Below, piece by piece: positions 30,475 to 43,666 of a stretch of DNA of 64,000 nucleotides. Each line of letters begins with the position of its first letter. The first letter of the stretch is position 1. Source of the DNA: a virus (lineage: Duplodnaviria; Caudoviricetes); IMG/VR virus record IMGVR_UViG_3300043812_000016, positions 79,483-143,482 of that record. One strand, given 5' to 3'. The position numbers were made by a program, and so were the translations under genes. Below the pieces are notes generated by a model that was not told the origin of the DNA, did no database searches, and saw only the letters and a program-made list of their open reading frames with translations.

Positions 30475-30993
30475 ATGGTTGTTAAGTTTACGCAAGCATA
30501 TATGACAACAGATTATCCAGATGAAAATGGTAACTACTACTATCCTGTATTTGTACCAGAAAATGCTCATGTACAGTTACCAATCGTTACTTCGATGCCA
30601 GATGCTAGTTTAGGAAATCGTGGTATTCGTTATGATTGGAATACTAATAGCTGGACTGTATCAAGTGATGACCCACTAATTAAAAAGATTAATACTCTTG
30701 AAGCACAATTGAATGGTTTAGTTTCAGCTTCTAAAGGTGATAACAGCACCTCAGGAAATCCTAGTTCAACTCAACCAACTACCCCTGCTAGTTCTGCTGA
30801 TAGCTCGTCTACTGCACCTGCAAGTCCTAATGGTAGTACATTATCTAATATGATGAATATGTTTAATGGAATGAACCCGAGTCCAGCTAACGCAACTAGT
30901 CAAGCTCAACCAGCTAGTTCTGACTCTAGCTCAGCAGACGTTAATTCAGTAAACCCAGACACTCCAGACCCAACAAAGGACAGTGATAAGTAA
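30475..30993 (+). CDS. Hypothetical protein with S/T/P-rich tail
   Basis: AAGGAG SD; upstream TATATTA. Confidence 0.65.
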   Translation: MVVKFTQAYMTTDYPDENGNYYYPVFVPENAHVQLPIVTSMPDASLGNRGIRYDWNTNSWTVSSDDPLIKKINTLEAQLNGLVSASKGDNSTSGNPSSTQPTTPASSADSSSTAPASPNGSTLSNMMNMFNGMNPSPANATSQAQPASSDSSSADVNSVNPDTPDPTKDSDK

Positions 30994-31235
30994 TGAGAGC
31001 TGAATTTTACGACAATTATTGGTATAACCAGATGTGTGCGGGTTATGAAAAAGGAGTATTTAAAGAAGAATGGTACATCGATAAGGCTGTAGATTTTGGC
31101 TGGATTGATGAAAAAGAGGCACAAGTCTTACATAAGAAATATTTTACAAAACCAGACGATATTATCATTCCTAATCCTCCTGCTTCTATTCAACTCTACG
31201 TATCTACTACGAGTGTAGAAGTAAGGGGTGAATAG
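30993..31235 (+). CDS. XkdX-like small protein with C-terminal FN3 A/B-strand-like tag
   Basis: AV..GWI...EA motif; C-terminal PNPPASIQLYVSTTSVEVRGE. Confidence 0.55.
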   Translation: MRAEFYDNYWYNQMCAGYEKGVFKEEWYIDKAVDFGWIDEKEAQVLHKKYFTKPDDIIIPNPPASIQLYVSTTSVEVRGE

Positions 31236-31237
31236 AA

Positions 31238-31786
31238 TTGGCAATTGAAACTAACATGGGACACGTTCTCCAAGCTATTGATTTTAGCCAAAAACGTGAT
31301 CTTTATTTTGTATTAGGTCGGGATAAAGACTGGCCGGATCCTTCTAGTCCTAGCCCTGAGAGTGTAACTACTACTATGATTGAGAATCCATTAGCCGTAG
31401 TTAAGGTTGATCGGTTAGTCTTATGCTATAAAACAGACGAACACGTTCCAGATAGTGCTTCGGATGGTGACGATTTTGTTATCTATAAGGGTAGCAAGTG
31501 GAAGACTATTAGATCAGACCAAGTATTAAGTAATAACCAATTACTCCAACCTGCTAACTATGTTTGTTTAATTGGTACTTTAGACGTAGCTAAGTTACCA
31601 ATGTTTAGCTTTACTCAAATCGGTGTAACAGAAGATGTAGCAATTGCAGATAATGCCCCGTCAAAACATGAAGCACAAAAGCAAAATGTTACTAATTGGG
31701 GTAATATGTATTTCTATGAAAATAGACCAATGGAAACATATGGTAATACACAACGTAAGATTATGAAGTACATGATTCAGTTTTAG
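31238..31786 (+). CDS. Baseplate protein (T4 gp8-like)
   Basis: YF.LGR..DW.D...P.P...; ENRP. Confidence 0.7.
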   Translation: MAIETNMGHVLQAIDFSQKRDLYFVLGRDKDWPDPSSPSPESVTTTMIENPLAVVKVDRLVLCYKTDEHVPDSASDGDDFVIYKGSKWKTIRSDQVLSNNQLLQPANYVCLIGTLDVAKLPMFSFTQIGVTEDVAIADNAPSKHEAQKQNVTNWGNMYFYENRPMETYGNTQRKIMKYMIQF

Positions 31787-31821
31787 ATTAAAACTTAAGT
31801 AGAAAGGAATGATAAAAGTAT

Positions 31822-34800
31822 ATGGCAGGAACAATTGATGATAGCCAACAACCTTATGGAAACCACTTTAACCTCTCTAAGAGATTTTCTAAGGTTTTAT
31901 TCCGCCCCGGAAGACCCGCACTGAGTTCAGAGTTGCTTGAATTGCAAAGTATTCAAAACAATCAACTAGAAATGCTAGGCGATTCTCTTTTCAAGAAGGG
32001 GCTATTATTTCTGGTATGGAAATTATTCCAAAACCAGACCGAACAACAGCAGATACTAAGATGCCAAACTCATTCTCAGTAGCTAGTTTGTTTGCTAATA
32101 ATTCTAAATATTCAACAGGTGGCTATGTTCGAGATGGTAGAATTACGGTAACAACGGAGGGTAACTTACCTACTGATGTTCCGTCTATTGACTTTACTGG
32201 TAATGTTACTCAGGGGTTAGGTGTAGTAGTAAGTTTTACTATTAGTAAGAACTCTGGTAATTTAAATAAGATTAATTTAGTGGGTGACGACAGTAAGTTA
32301 GAATTAATTAGTTGGACGGTAGATGGGAATACTATTAGTTCTGATATTAATGATTTAGCTAATGCTTCTGCTTTAGTTTTGACTAATGGAAACCAAGTTA
32401 ACCTTAATGATGGCTCACATAAGTTTGTTGTTAAGTACCGTACAAAAGCCTCTGGTTCTGTTAGCTTTAAACTTGCAATTAATGCTGGTTACGATCCAAC
32501 TTCTAATACTGCTGAAGTTAATATTGATAAGCTTTATATTGAAGACGGTAATGAAGCTACCGATTGGAAGATTAACTCTAAAGACTCTGGTACTGCTTCT
32601 GATACTGAACGAATTAAAGATTATACTGTAAGGTCTGGTCGGGTTTACCTAAATGGTGCTGTTCGAGAATTTGACCAACAAGACTTTTCTATTAAGGGAA
32701 CAGGTCGAGAAGAAATTGGTTTAAGACTCGATGAAAATATTGTTACAGCTAGTGATGACCCCTCCCTTACTTGATGATACTCCCGGTGCAGTAACTAAGG
32801 GTGAGGCTGGAGCAGATCGACTTCATTATAATGTTGCTCTTACCTATCAAGATGCCAGTGCTACACCTTTTGTAGTATTCCAAGATAACGTTCTTAATCA
32901 AAGAGCAATTAAACCAGATTACTCTAACCTAGAACCAATTTTAGCTAAACGTACCTATGACCAATCTGGTTCTTTCCGTTCTTATGGTTTTGAAGCTCAC
33001 TTGAGAAAGAATCCAGATCCGTCTAAAGGGCGCACAAGATCCGACAGACGCAAACAAGATTTTGCTCGATATTGATGCCGGACAAGCTTATGTACAAGGT
33101 TATAGTATCTCTACTTCTGAACCTACTACAATTAAGCTGGACGTTGCTAATCAATTAGGTACTGCAACTAACGAAGGTTTCTACTATCGTGGCGATGGCT
33201 CAAATTACCAATTAATTAACCAACCGGTTAGAAAGGTTGCTGGGGTTACTTATACGTCACGTGAAACCATTAATCATGCACGTGGTGCGGGTAGTGACGT
33301 TAAGGATAACTTTACTAGCAAGAATGTTACTTATATCCGTAAAGTTTGGGATAATGCCCATGAATATGAGGAGGGAAAGCATTTCACCTATGTAGGGAAT
33401 ACTATTTACTGGGGTGTTGATCTTAAGGGTATTCCTCTTCCAAATGCTAATGACCTACCTACCCCCGGTCAAGGATATAACATTACTTATGACTATGCTA
33501 CTAATGCTAAAGAAGGTACCGATTACCGAGTAGTTGTACAAGATGGTGTTACTTCTATTGATATTGATAGTATGAAAGGTGCTAAGCCAGTTGCCAGTTC
33601 AACAATTAATGTTACTTATAGCTACTTTACGGCTCGGATTGATATGATTAGAATTACAATGGATCAAGCAAATCCGTTTAAGGTTATTCCGGGACAAGCG
33701 GGACCTCTTAATTCTATTACTCCTCCAGTAGTAAATGACCCATTAACGCTTGAACTTGGTTATGTATATATTGAGCCTAATTCACATAATGCTGTCTTTA
33801 CTATGCAGACAATTACTCGTATTACTTTTGAGTCATTGCAACAATGGGGACACCGCTTAGATAATGCTGAGTACAACATGGCTCTTAATTATATGCAATC
33901 TGATGTCAAGCGTTCAGAAGACCCTGTAGTTCTAAAAGACGCTTTTGCTGATAGTTTCGCTACAATTGCTAACCGTGACGACAGTAATAGTAATGTTGCA
34001 TATGACTTTGAAAATGGTGAAATTTCCATTCCAGCACAAGCTAAGGCAGACTTATCGCCTAACATGAACAAGGCTCTTTCTAATATTTCATTACATGGTA
34101 AGTTAGTTCGTCCACCTTATCATGAAGTTGAGGCACTTAGTCAATCTATTGCCACTGGTGCTATTAATATTAATGAGTTTAATATTTTTTCTGCTAATGG
34201 TAATTTAACTATTGATCCTGCTGTTGATAATTGGATTGATAGTAAGACCACTACTGACTTTAAGCGTGTTGATAAGGGTACGATTAACATGGATAAGTGG
34301 TGGAGACACATGAGTGATACTAGCAGGGGCTGGTATAATGATGGTCGTACTGCACAGGAACACGCCATTGACCAAGCGGGTCAAGAGTTAATGCGTTATG
34401 GTGGGCTTAATGGAGTTGTGGATACTGGTGCTGGTAATACTTTAGGTCAAACTGGTTGGATGATTGGTGATGGTGGTACTTCTACTACGGACTCATTAGT
34501 CGAATACATGAGATCTAAGAAGATTACTTTTAAGGCTACTAACTTTAGACCTATAACTGATGGTTACACAATTACGATTGATGGTACTCCAGTTCAAGAA
34601 CCTACCCCCGAAAACGACAACTATAAAGGAGCTAAGGCTAATACCTTCAAGACTGATTCTAAAGGTGAAATTCATGGTACCTTTGTAATTCCGGGTGGAT
34701 CTATTCGTTGTGGTACTCGTGTAGTTAAGATTGTTAATAATAGTGGTGATGTAGCCTCTACAAACTACACTGCTAATGGTACACTTAGAACAACTACTAA

Positions 34801-36334
34801 CGTTATTGAAAAACAAACTTATACTGTTAACCTTTGGGATCCGCTGGCTCAATCATTCTACCTACAAGAAACTAGACAGTTATCATCTATTGACCTGTAC
34901 TTTATGACTAAGCCTGCTAGTGCTAATAGTAATGAAACTCATAGACCACAATTAATTGTTCAAATTCGGGAATTAGGAGATACTCAATACCCTAACCGGG
35001 TAGTTAGAGCAGAACAATACCTAGATCCAGAAGAAATTCATATTAGTAATGACGGTAGTGTTGCAACTCGAATTACTTTTGATGATCCAGTTACTCTTAA
35101 AGCTAACGAAGGTTATGCTGTTGTTCTTATTTCGGATAGTAATGAATATACTGTCTTTAAGGCTACTAAGGGTGAAACTGTTATGAGCGCTGGTAAGTCT
35201 GAAACTGGTTACAACACTAACTATCAAGCTATCTATAACGATGATCCACAAGCAACGGGTCAAAACTTCACTATTACATCTACTGTGTCTGCTAACGTGG
35301 GTGATGTTTTAGGTAAAGCGCCTAACTCAAATGGTGACCTATTCATTTCTAACAATGGTATGACTTGGACTGCTGATGGTGCTTCTAGTTTGAAGTTCCG
35401 GGTTAATGTAGCTGAATTCTTAGATAATGGTCAAGTTGTTTTTGACCCAATTATTATGTCTGACTTTAACCAATCTGCTAATACAGTTTGGGATAAAGAA
35501 ACTGATATGGGGCCTAATATGGACTACAAGGAAACAACCCCTAACACCTATCTTTCATATATTGACCGTTTAGCTACTTTGACTAACTTCTTAACTTATC
35601 AAAACACTGCTATGCACTGGTATATGAAGCTAGTTCAGCAATCAGATGTTAATACCGAAGGTAGCAATAATTTAACTACTATATTGGATAATGCACAATG
35701 GAAACCATTAGTGGTTAATAATAACAATAAAGTGGTATCTGTTCCGGGAACTACTACTACGTCCGTACCTAAGATTACAACAAGTAATAATCCACAACAA
35801 CTTGACGGTGAACTTGCCCTATTCCAAAATACTTATGCTATTCAGTTAATGGCTGAGTTTACTACTGATAGATACATTGCTCCTATCTTAACTACTGAGT
35901 CGTTAAGTTTAGCTTCTATCCTTACAGGTACTAAAGCTCATTATGAATCTATTAACTTAGATGAGTCTGGTGATGCCGCCTTTAACAAGGTTAAGATTCA
36001 ATATGATGCCTACATTCCTAATCCGGGGACAGAGGAGTCTTATGTATTACCTATGTATTCGGTAGATGGTGGTAATACTTGGTATAATTTCCCAGAGGAC
36101 GGTGGAAAGAGTACAACTCTAAATAAGGACGCTTCTAGTGGTTCTAAACCAACCTCAACTAAGCAAGTTAGTCCTTACTTTACTCGTTATATCTTCCAAG
36201 CAACTGTTCCTAATGCAACGGATCAACATCATTTAGCTACTCAGTTTAAGGTTCGTCTTAACCTTCATGCTTCTAGCAACTTCAGAAGTCCGAAAGTAAG
36301 AAAGCTCAGTGGTGTATTTAAGTACGATGTATAG
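31822..36334 (+). CDS. Large adsorption-associated baseplate protein (DUF4815-like); three apparent indel errors
   Basis: PY...F......VLFRPGR.....EL.ELQS, GADRL, LAKRTYDQSGSF, DPLAQSF. Confidence 0.8.
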
Positions 36335-36376
36335 CCTTTCTTTGGATAACGTTACACGTAATTAAATAATAAATTA

Positions 36377-36409
36377 GAAAGTACTTAGTTTAATTACTAG
36401 GTACTTTTT
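36377..36409 (+). terminator. Intrinsic terminator
   Basis: GAAAGTACTTAG...CTAGGTACTTTT. Confidence 0.7.
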
Positions 36410-36490
36410 CTTTACCTTAAATATCCTATATTAGAACTAGCACAGATTAGATTTACCTGACTTGACTGATAATCAGAGAGGAAGAATAGA

Positions 36491-36970
36491 ATGCACGATT
36501 TACTGATGGCAATTGCGATTGCATTAATTCCAGTTGTAATGGGCTGGATTGGTCAACAACTGATTAATAATCATAAGCTAGGGGAACAAGCATATAAGAT
36601 TGAGAACCTAGTTAGCATGGCAGTGGTAGAAGCTGAAAAGCTTGGCTTAACAAAACAACTTACTGGTAATGAGCAATTCCAATATGCTTTTAACTTTGTC
36701 AATAGCCAGCTTAAAGCTTTAGGTATTACAGACGTTGATGAAAGCTTAATTAAAGCACAAATTGAACGGTCTTGGTTTACCCAAAAAGATCGTTTAGAAC
36801 AGGTTTATGGAAGTGTGAGCCAACCTACTACATCTACTGATCCTCGACAACTAAAAAGTGCTAACACTATGGTGGAAAAGCCAGCTCCAGCAGTACCAGA
36901 ACAAGGAAAAGATAATATCCAAGCAAGTCAACCAGCTACTAACCAAGTATCTGAAAATGGCGGAAAGTAG
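36491..36970 (+). CDS. Holin (LL-H family-like)
   Basis: N-terminal TM, then AV..AEK.G....TG.E.F..A...V...L...GI......I...IE. Confidence 0.7.
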   Translation: MHDLLMAIAIALIPVVMGWIGQQLINNHKLGEQAYKIENLVSMAVVEAEKLGLTKQLTGNEQFQYAFNFVNSQLKALGITDVDESLIKAQIERSWFTQKDRLEQVYGSVSQPTTSTDPRQLKSANTMVEKPAPAVPEQGKDNIQASQPATNQVSENGGK

Positions 36971-37322
36971 AGACAATAATCAGGGTAAATCTACTATGCA
37001 GGTAGATAACGATACAATCTTTAACTTGTTAATGGAACTGAAATCCTCTAATGCGTCTATTCAAACTGAAATTAACTCATTAAATGAGAAGATAGATCAA
37101 TCTAATCGTAAGTTTGATGAGTTAAAGCAAGATTTTAATACTCGTATTGATAATGTGGAAGAGGATTCCACTAAAGCACGGGATAAGGCACAAGAAGCCC
37201 TAGAGAAGAGTAAACAGCTAGAAAAGGATAATCAGCAGAAGAACAATACATGGACTTTGATCTGGTTACCCATTTTGATTGCCTTTATTCCAACTATCTT
37301 AGGGCACATCCACTTACAATAA
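36957..37322 (+). CDS. Coiled-coil protein with C-terminal TM (XhlA-like lysis accessory)
   Basis: Coiled coil + TWTLIWLPILIAFIPTIL; next to the holin. Confidence 0.55.
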   Translation: MAESRDNNQGKSTMQVDNDTIFNLLMELKSSNASIQTEINSLNEKIDQSNRKFDELKQDFNTRIDNVEEDSTKARDKAQEALEKSKQLEKDNQQKNNTWTLIWLPILIAFIPTILGHIHLQ

Positions 37323-37365
37323 AGGAGAGGTAAAATTATTGCCTCTCTTTTTATTTTTATCTTTT

Positions 37366-37410
37366 TATACAAAAACAGTTGAATATTTAACTAAAAGTGT
37401 TATAGTAGAA
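37366..37410 (+). promoter_or_regulatory. Conserved early promoter, copy 2
   Basis: TACAAAAACAGTTGAATATTTAACTAAAAGTGTTATAGT, after terminator 37321-37352. Confidence 0.8.
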
Positions 37411-37437
37411 TTATCAATAAAACGGGTTGGTGATGTA

Positions 37438-38182
37438 ATGTGTAATTATTTAAAAGAAGACTATGTATACTTGCTAGGACAAGCCTATGATTGTTTTAAC
37501 TACACCTTAGCAGAAGATAAGACAGCTATAGTAAATTATTTTGTTAAGTCTAATGAGTTAGATCAGCAGATTATGAATGATTTTTATGATTTAAGCTTAA
37601 AATTGCAAGAAAATCCCGTCTGGTTAATGTCTAGCGTTTTTGATTACTATTTATACCTTAATCGAAAACGTAAAACTATCCCGTTCATGCCTTTGGGTAA
37701 CTTTAATCAAGAAATGATTCTAAAGGCTTATGACGGAAAAGATAAATACCGAAAACTAACTAATAAAAACCTATATGTTACCTTAGACAACCTTTACTTA
37801 AAGGCTCTTAATATGCTATTTAAAATTCCAATTAAGGAATTATATAGTGAAGAAAAGACTTATCTTAAAGAAAGAGTTTTTGACTATCGTAACACTTCTT
37901 ATATTAGTGTTTCAATGGAAAAAGGTTAGAAGATTACTTCTAAAACGCTCTAATAAAACGTGGGATAATATGTTATTATTAGATGGTGTGGAGTATTTTG
38001 AACCAGTAATATTTTTGATTTGTAAGGAGCCACATGAAGCCCTAAGTCATCATTTAGGAGTAACGGAATACAGCTATTACTATTATGGAATTAATAATGA
38101 AATAGAGCTTCGAGACCCAGATGAATTAAAGTATCTATTCAATGCTTACCATTATCTTAATCAGAGAGGATTAATAATTTAA
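37438..38182 (+). CDS. Hypothetical replication-module protein; one apparent +1 error near 37922
   Basis: The two ORFs join by removing one base in GAAAAAGGTT. Confidence 0.5.
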
Positions 38183-39647
38183 TGGAATTAGATAGCCGTC
38201 AAAAAGAAGAGCAATTATTAATAAGATCAATCCATAGTGCTCATACTGCTAAGAATGTATTGTCACGTAATGTGGGAGTGCTAATTAAAGATCCTACTTA
38301 TAAACTAATTGCTGAAACTGTAGTCCAATACTATGCAACTACAGACGAACCCTTAAGCCTAAATGCTCTTAACTTAAAAGTTGAAGAACGTCTAAAGAGA
38401 CAAGCAGAAAGAAGTAACACTACTGTTCCAGACAATGTATTAAATGGTTTGTTTCAAACTACCTCTAATCTTATTAATGCAAAAGAGGATAATAATACAG
38501 TTGTTCTTACTGAGCTGGAAAATTATGTACATACTCAATTAGGTAATCAAGGCCATTATTGAAGAAGCTACTAAAGGATCCGATCATATTTCGGAGCGGG
38601 TAGAAAAGCGAATGGCTAAAATTAATGAAATTAAGCTTACTGGAACAGATTACGAAGTTATCGATATTTTTAAAGACCTAGCCCGTAAGGAAGCTATCTA
38701 TGATGAGTTTGGTAATCGTAAGCTGTATTCTGGTCTAAAACCATTAGATGTTGTTACTGGTGGGGGATTAGAAACAGGACAAATCGCAGTTATTAATGCT
38801 CCTTCTGGACGGGGTAAAAGTAGTTTCTTATCCAATCTTACTTATTACTATTCAATGGTTGCTCACCATAATGTTTTACATATTACACTAGAAGAATTAA
38901 ATACCGATCAGATTTTACGTTTTGACCGGATTATTACTAATTCTGATATACATGATGTATTTACTCCCTGATGGTGGAATCAGAGAAGACTATAAGGAAC
39001 GAGTTCATAACTACTACAGTAAAGTAAATGAAAATCAGATGGTAGGGAATGTTTATTATGCAAAGTCTACCCCATTAACATGGACAGTAGATGACGTGAG
39101 ACAGGTAATTAATAAGGTAGAGCGGGAAAAACAAACTAAGATTGAGGTAGTTATCCTTGACTATGCTGATTTGCTTATTAAGAAACAATATTCTGACAAT
39201 GAAGCACAAGCGGGAGAATTGCTTTACCAAGATTTAGTTCGCCTAGCTCAAGAAACAGATACTCTAATCTTTACTGCTTCTCAGCTTAATCGTGGTTCGG
39301 GGATTGCTGAAATTAAGACCATGGAAAATGTGGAAGGTTCATATCGTAAGAAGAACACAATTGCCTTCGGTGCTACTTTGAACTCAACACCAGAGGAATA
39401 TAAGAAAGGTTACATTAGACTTTATTTAGATAAGGTTCGTAATAACTTTGGTTTTGATGATAACTTTATGTACTTACATTATGACTTAAAGTCTATGCGT
39501 CTGCACCCCGAGTCAAAAGATGAACAAGCAGATCACTTAGCTACTTTAGATGAATCAAATACAACCCATTCACGTCCTAGTAATAAAATAGATAAAAACG
39601 CAGAATTAATTCAAACGATTAATGATGCTATTAGCCCTAATAAATAA
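38182..39647 (+). CDS. DnaB-like replicative helicase; two apparent +1 errors
   Basis: Walker A APSGRGKS, ITLEE, VILDYADL, TASQLNR, DKVRN. Confidence 0.9.
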
Positions 39648-39665
39648 ATAAAAGGAAGTATAATA

Positions 39666-41559
39666 ATGAGGATAAAAACAATTGAAGCTCAAAATTTTCG
39701 TAGTTTTAGCCACTTTAAGCTCGAACTAAATGATCTAGGATTAACTCTGCTTAATGGTCAAAACACTGGTATTGATAGTGAGAGGACAAATGGATCTGGA
39801 AAAAGTTCGATTATCTATGCGATGATTTATGCTCTTTATGGTGAAACTCCAGACGGTGCTAAAAGTGATGAAGTGATTAAGAATGACGTAGGTAAGAATT
39901 GTTTTGCTAAAGTAGTATTTACCCATTTTGGTCATGAATATGAGATTACTCGTTACCGTAAGGATAAAGAATTTAAGAATAAGGTAATCATGTATCGAGA
40001 CGGTAAAGACGTTACTCTATCGACTAATAAGGAAACGGATAAGGAGATTGTAGCTACTTTAGGTTTTGGCTTTGATACTTTACTTAACTCTGTTATTTTT
40101 AGTCCTGAAAAGCTTAATACATTCATTAGTGCTACAGATAAGCACCGTAAGGAGATTTTAGAAGAACTTACTAATACTAATATTTATAAGCAAGCGTTAC
40201 AGTTGGTTAAAGAAGATAGCAAAGAATCTTCTAGCAAGCTCGTAGAGGACAAAAAAGAACTAGAACGACTAGATACATTAATGGATAGCCAAACAGCCTT
40301 ACAACGTCAGTATGAGCAATCTGTGGCTATGCAAAAGCAACAGGCTGATAATCTTGAAAATCAAATTAGTTTAAGAAAAGCTAAGCTAGATTCGCTTAAC
40401 TACAATCCAACAATTCATGAGTCTGTTAAAACAGAATATAACACTTATCAACAACAGGTATCAGCTTTTAACTTTACACATAGTAATGAATATGCTAATA
40501 AGCTCCAAACTGCACAGGCTCAACAAAAGAATATTGAATTACAGCAGGAAAATATTAAGAAACAGCTTACTGACTTATCTGCTCAATATAAGCAATTGCA
40601 AAACTCAGAGAATGCAGTATGTAATTGGTGTGGAAATGTATTAGATGCAGAACATAAGCAATTAGAGCTAAACAATATGAATAAGAAAGCTAATGAGCTT
40701 ATGACCTCGTATAAGGCTCTCTCACCTCGTCTAAGCGCTCTTAGCCAAGACGTGGATAATTATGCTAAACTCGCTAAAGAAGAGCAGGAACAGGCTTCTA
40801 AGCAACAGGAACAGTACCGTAAGCTAACCAATGCTCTTAATGTGGCTCAACAAAAGCTCAATGAGCAAGAAAATCTAGTAACTGAAATTAATCGTCTTAA
40901 TAATGACATCAACCAGTTAAAGACTGAACTAGAGCAAGCACAGACACCAATTGAAAAGCCAAAGCAATTAGATACTGCTGGAATTGAAAAACAGATTAAG
41001 GAAACAGAAGTAGACCTATACAAGCAACAATCAGCCCAAGAGGATTTTGAAAAGCTTACTAAGGTTTATTCAGATCGAGGTGTTAAAGCTCAAGCCTTAT
41101 CTTTAGTTATTCCTTATCTTAACGATCAATTAGAAAAGATCTTAAAAGTATTGACTAATAATACAATGACCTGTAGCTCTTAATAATAAGACTACTACTA
41201 AGTCTGGTAAGGTTAATGAACAAATTAGCCTAGACGTTGACTCTAGTGTTTCTGGTAGTAATTATCAAGATTTATCTTCTGGTGAAAAGCGCCGAATTGG
41301 GATCGCTCTTAACCTTGCTTTTATGAACTATCTTAAATCACAAATTGGTGGACTTAATTTAGTGGTATTTGATGAGGTGTTTGATTCATTAGATAAGGCG
41401 GGGATTGATAGCGTTATTAATGTATTAAGTGACTTAAAGCAAAGCGTAGGTAATATTATTATTGTTTCTCATAATGATGATATGAAGTTTAATGATAATA
41501 TTGATAATCAATTATTAGTTAAAAAGGTTGACAACACTTCGAAACTAGTTAATAATTAA
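39666..41559 (+). CDS. SbcC/Rad50 (gp46-like) recombination ATPase; one apparent +1 error near 41171
   Basis: NGSGKSS, coiled coil with CNWCG zinc hook, LSSGEKRR, FDEVFD, VSH. Confidence 0.9.
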
Positions 41560-41642
41560 TCTTTTAAAGGTTACTTGACCTCTTGTATCGAATGGGTTTA
41601 AAATAGACCTATACTTTGATATAAGGGGTTTTTAGTTTATTA

Positions 41643-42267
41643 ATGCTCGATTTAGTAAATACTAACGGTCTTAAAATTAAGGCTACTAAAAAAGACGGAC
41701 GGATTTATATTGTTGCAAAGTGCCAATCAAGCCAAGGCAATCTTGAGGTTGCCTATATTCCTGCTGAATATGGTATGTATTGGTATCCGTTGTCTTTTTA
41801 TTTTGATTATTATTATGTATCGATGTTCCATAATATTATGTTAAAGGTTGATCCAATTGCACCTAAGGATATTCAAGAGCGGTTTAAGGATAATCACCAT
41901 TTCTTACATAATTATTATGAATATAAAAAAGACGAACTCGGTACAGATAAATCTATGTATATGTTTAACCTAGGAATTACTACTAAGTTAAAGTCAATAG
42001 GTCTAAAGACTTGGGATGGTTTCTATACTTTACAAGATGTACAAAGAAACTACTTACTATTAAGCCAAACTTTAGACTGATATTGAACAAAAGATTATTA
42101 AACGAGAACATGAAGAGGGAGTTAACCCAAACGCCCTTGAGTCCAACCCAACAAAGTTTGCAACCAAAGAAGAAATGACAATGTTAAGTGATCTTGGAAT
42201 GGGATTTAGAATGAACCAATATCAAAGAAAGGTAGCTAAGATCATGTATGAAGATAACGTAAGATAG
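41643..42267 (+). CDS. Hypothetical protein at the position of the Twort-like anti-sigma gene; apparent frameshift near 42078
   Basis: Synteny between SbcC and primase; the +1 frame stays open to 42267. Confidence 0.45.
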
Positions 42268-42275
42268 GTGAAATT

Positions 42276-43319
42276 ATGACTCGGGAACAACAAATTATTG
42301 TTAACTGTGTTAATGAAGATTACCAAGAAACTGCAACGAGTGAAGTTCATTTAGATTGTCCTTTTTGTGGAGAGCATGATAAAAAGCTCTATATCTCTCC
42401 TAAAGGTCAATTTATCTGTTTTAAGTGTGAGTCTCGTGGTAACAGCCCAATCAGCTTTTTTATGCAATATTATGATGTTTCCTATAAAGAAGCTAGTGAT
42501 ATGTTAAAAGATGAAGACTTTGCTATTCCTAAAGTAGAGCCGGTTGATAACGAAACACTTTTAAGTCGCTTAGTTGCTCTTAACACTAAAGTAGAAAAGC
42601 AAAAACAAGCAGGAAAAAAGTGTCCTGCTTTTCCTACTAATACTAAGCTATTAAGAGATAATCTTAATAATCCCGAGTCTTATCCCTATTTATGGTATCT
42701 TAAAAATCGTGGAATTACATTACAACAAATATATAAATATAATCTAGGGTATCTTACCTCCGGTACTATCAAAACCCAAGATAAGGATATGACTATTAGT
42801 AATAGTATTATCTTCCCAACTTATGGTCTTAATAATGATGTTATTTATTGGAGTACTAGAAGTATTGAACCTAATCCATTTATCAAGTCTTTTAATGCAC
42901 TGGCTAAGGACAATGAATATTCTAGGAAAGATGTTGTTTTTAATCTTAATCATGTAAAAGACAAAATGGTTATCTGCGAAGGTATTTTTAATGCAATTAG
43001 TTCGACTGTAGCTGATTATGTAGGAGTTGCTACTTTAGGTAAGGCAATTACAGATGACCAGATTAATCTCATGCTTAAAGCTAACCCTAAGTACTTTTAT
43101 GTATTTTTAGATAATGATGCTATGAAAGAAGAAATTAAGTTAATAGATCGACTAAAGCAAAGAATTAGCCTAGACCGGATATATTTAGTTGTAAATCCCT
43201 ATAAAGATAAAGATGCTAATGATTTAGGTAGTACAATAGTTAAAGAATTGTTAGACAAGGCTCAACCTGTTAATCTACAATCATTACTGTATCTAGTAAG
43301 AGGTGAGAAAAGAAAATGA
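42276..43319 (+). CDS. DNA primase
   Basis: CPFC...CFKC zinc finger; TOPRIM ICEG..., LDND, KDAND. Confidence 0.9.
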   Translation: MTREQQIIVNCVNEDYQETATSEVHLDCPFCGEHDKKLYISPKGQFICFKCESRGNSPISFFMQYYDVSYKEASDMLKDEDFAIPKVEPVDNETLLSRLVALNTKVEKQKQAGKKCPAFPTNTKLLRDNLNNPESYPYLWYLKNRGITLQQIYKYNLGYLTSGTIKTQDKDMTISNSIIFPTYGLNNDVIYWSTRSIEPNPFIKSFNALAKDNEYSRKDVVFNLNHVKDKMVICEGIFNAISSTVADYVGVATLGKAITDDQINLMLKANPKYFYVFLDNDAMKEEIKLIDRLKQRISLDRIYLVVNPYKDKDANDLGSTIVKELLDKAQPVNLQSLLYLVRGEKRK

Positions 43320-43666
43320 AAAGAGACTTACCGGACGTAAGAAATTTAAGCACTTTAAGCTTTCAAGATTATATCCGGTTAATGGAATTAGTTAAGCATG
43401 ATGGTAAGCTACCAACAGAAACAGTTACTCAGCATAATAATGACCCTGTTTCCTATAAGGAAGCCTATGAAGCATTAAAAGATTTAGCTAATAAAGTAAC
43501 GGGTGAGGCCCAGCAAGCTAATAACTATACTGCGGACTTGTTTTCTAGTCTAGCTACCTTATTAGTTAAAAAACATATTATTAGTGAAAAAGAATTAAAT
43601 GAAGTAAGCAGAATTGCTCAACAAATTTGGGAGGAAGAAAATAATGGTAAAATCAGCTCTAAGTAA
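43316..43666 (+). CDS. Hypothetical protein
   Basis: GAGGTG SD; coupled. Confidence 0.65.
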   Translation: MKRDLPDVRNLSTLSFQDYIRLMELVKHDGKLPTETVTQHNNDPVSYKEAYEALKDLANKVTGEAQQANNYTADLFSSLATLLVKKHIISEKELNEVSRIAQQIWEEENNGKISSK

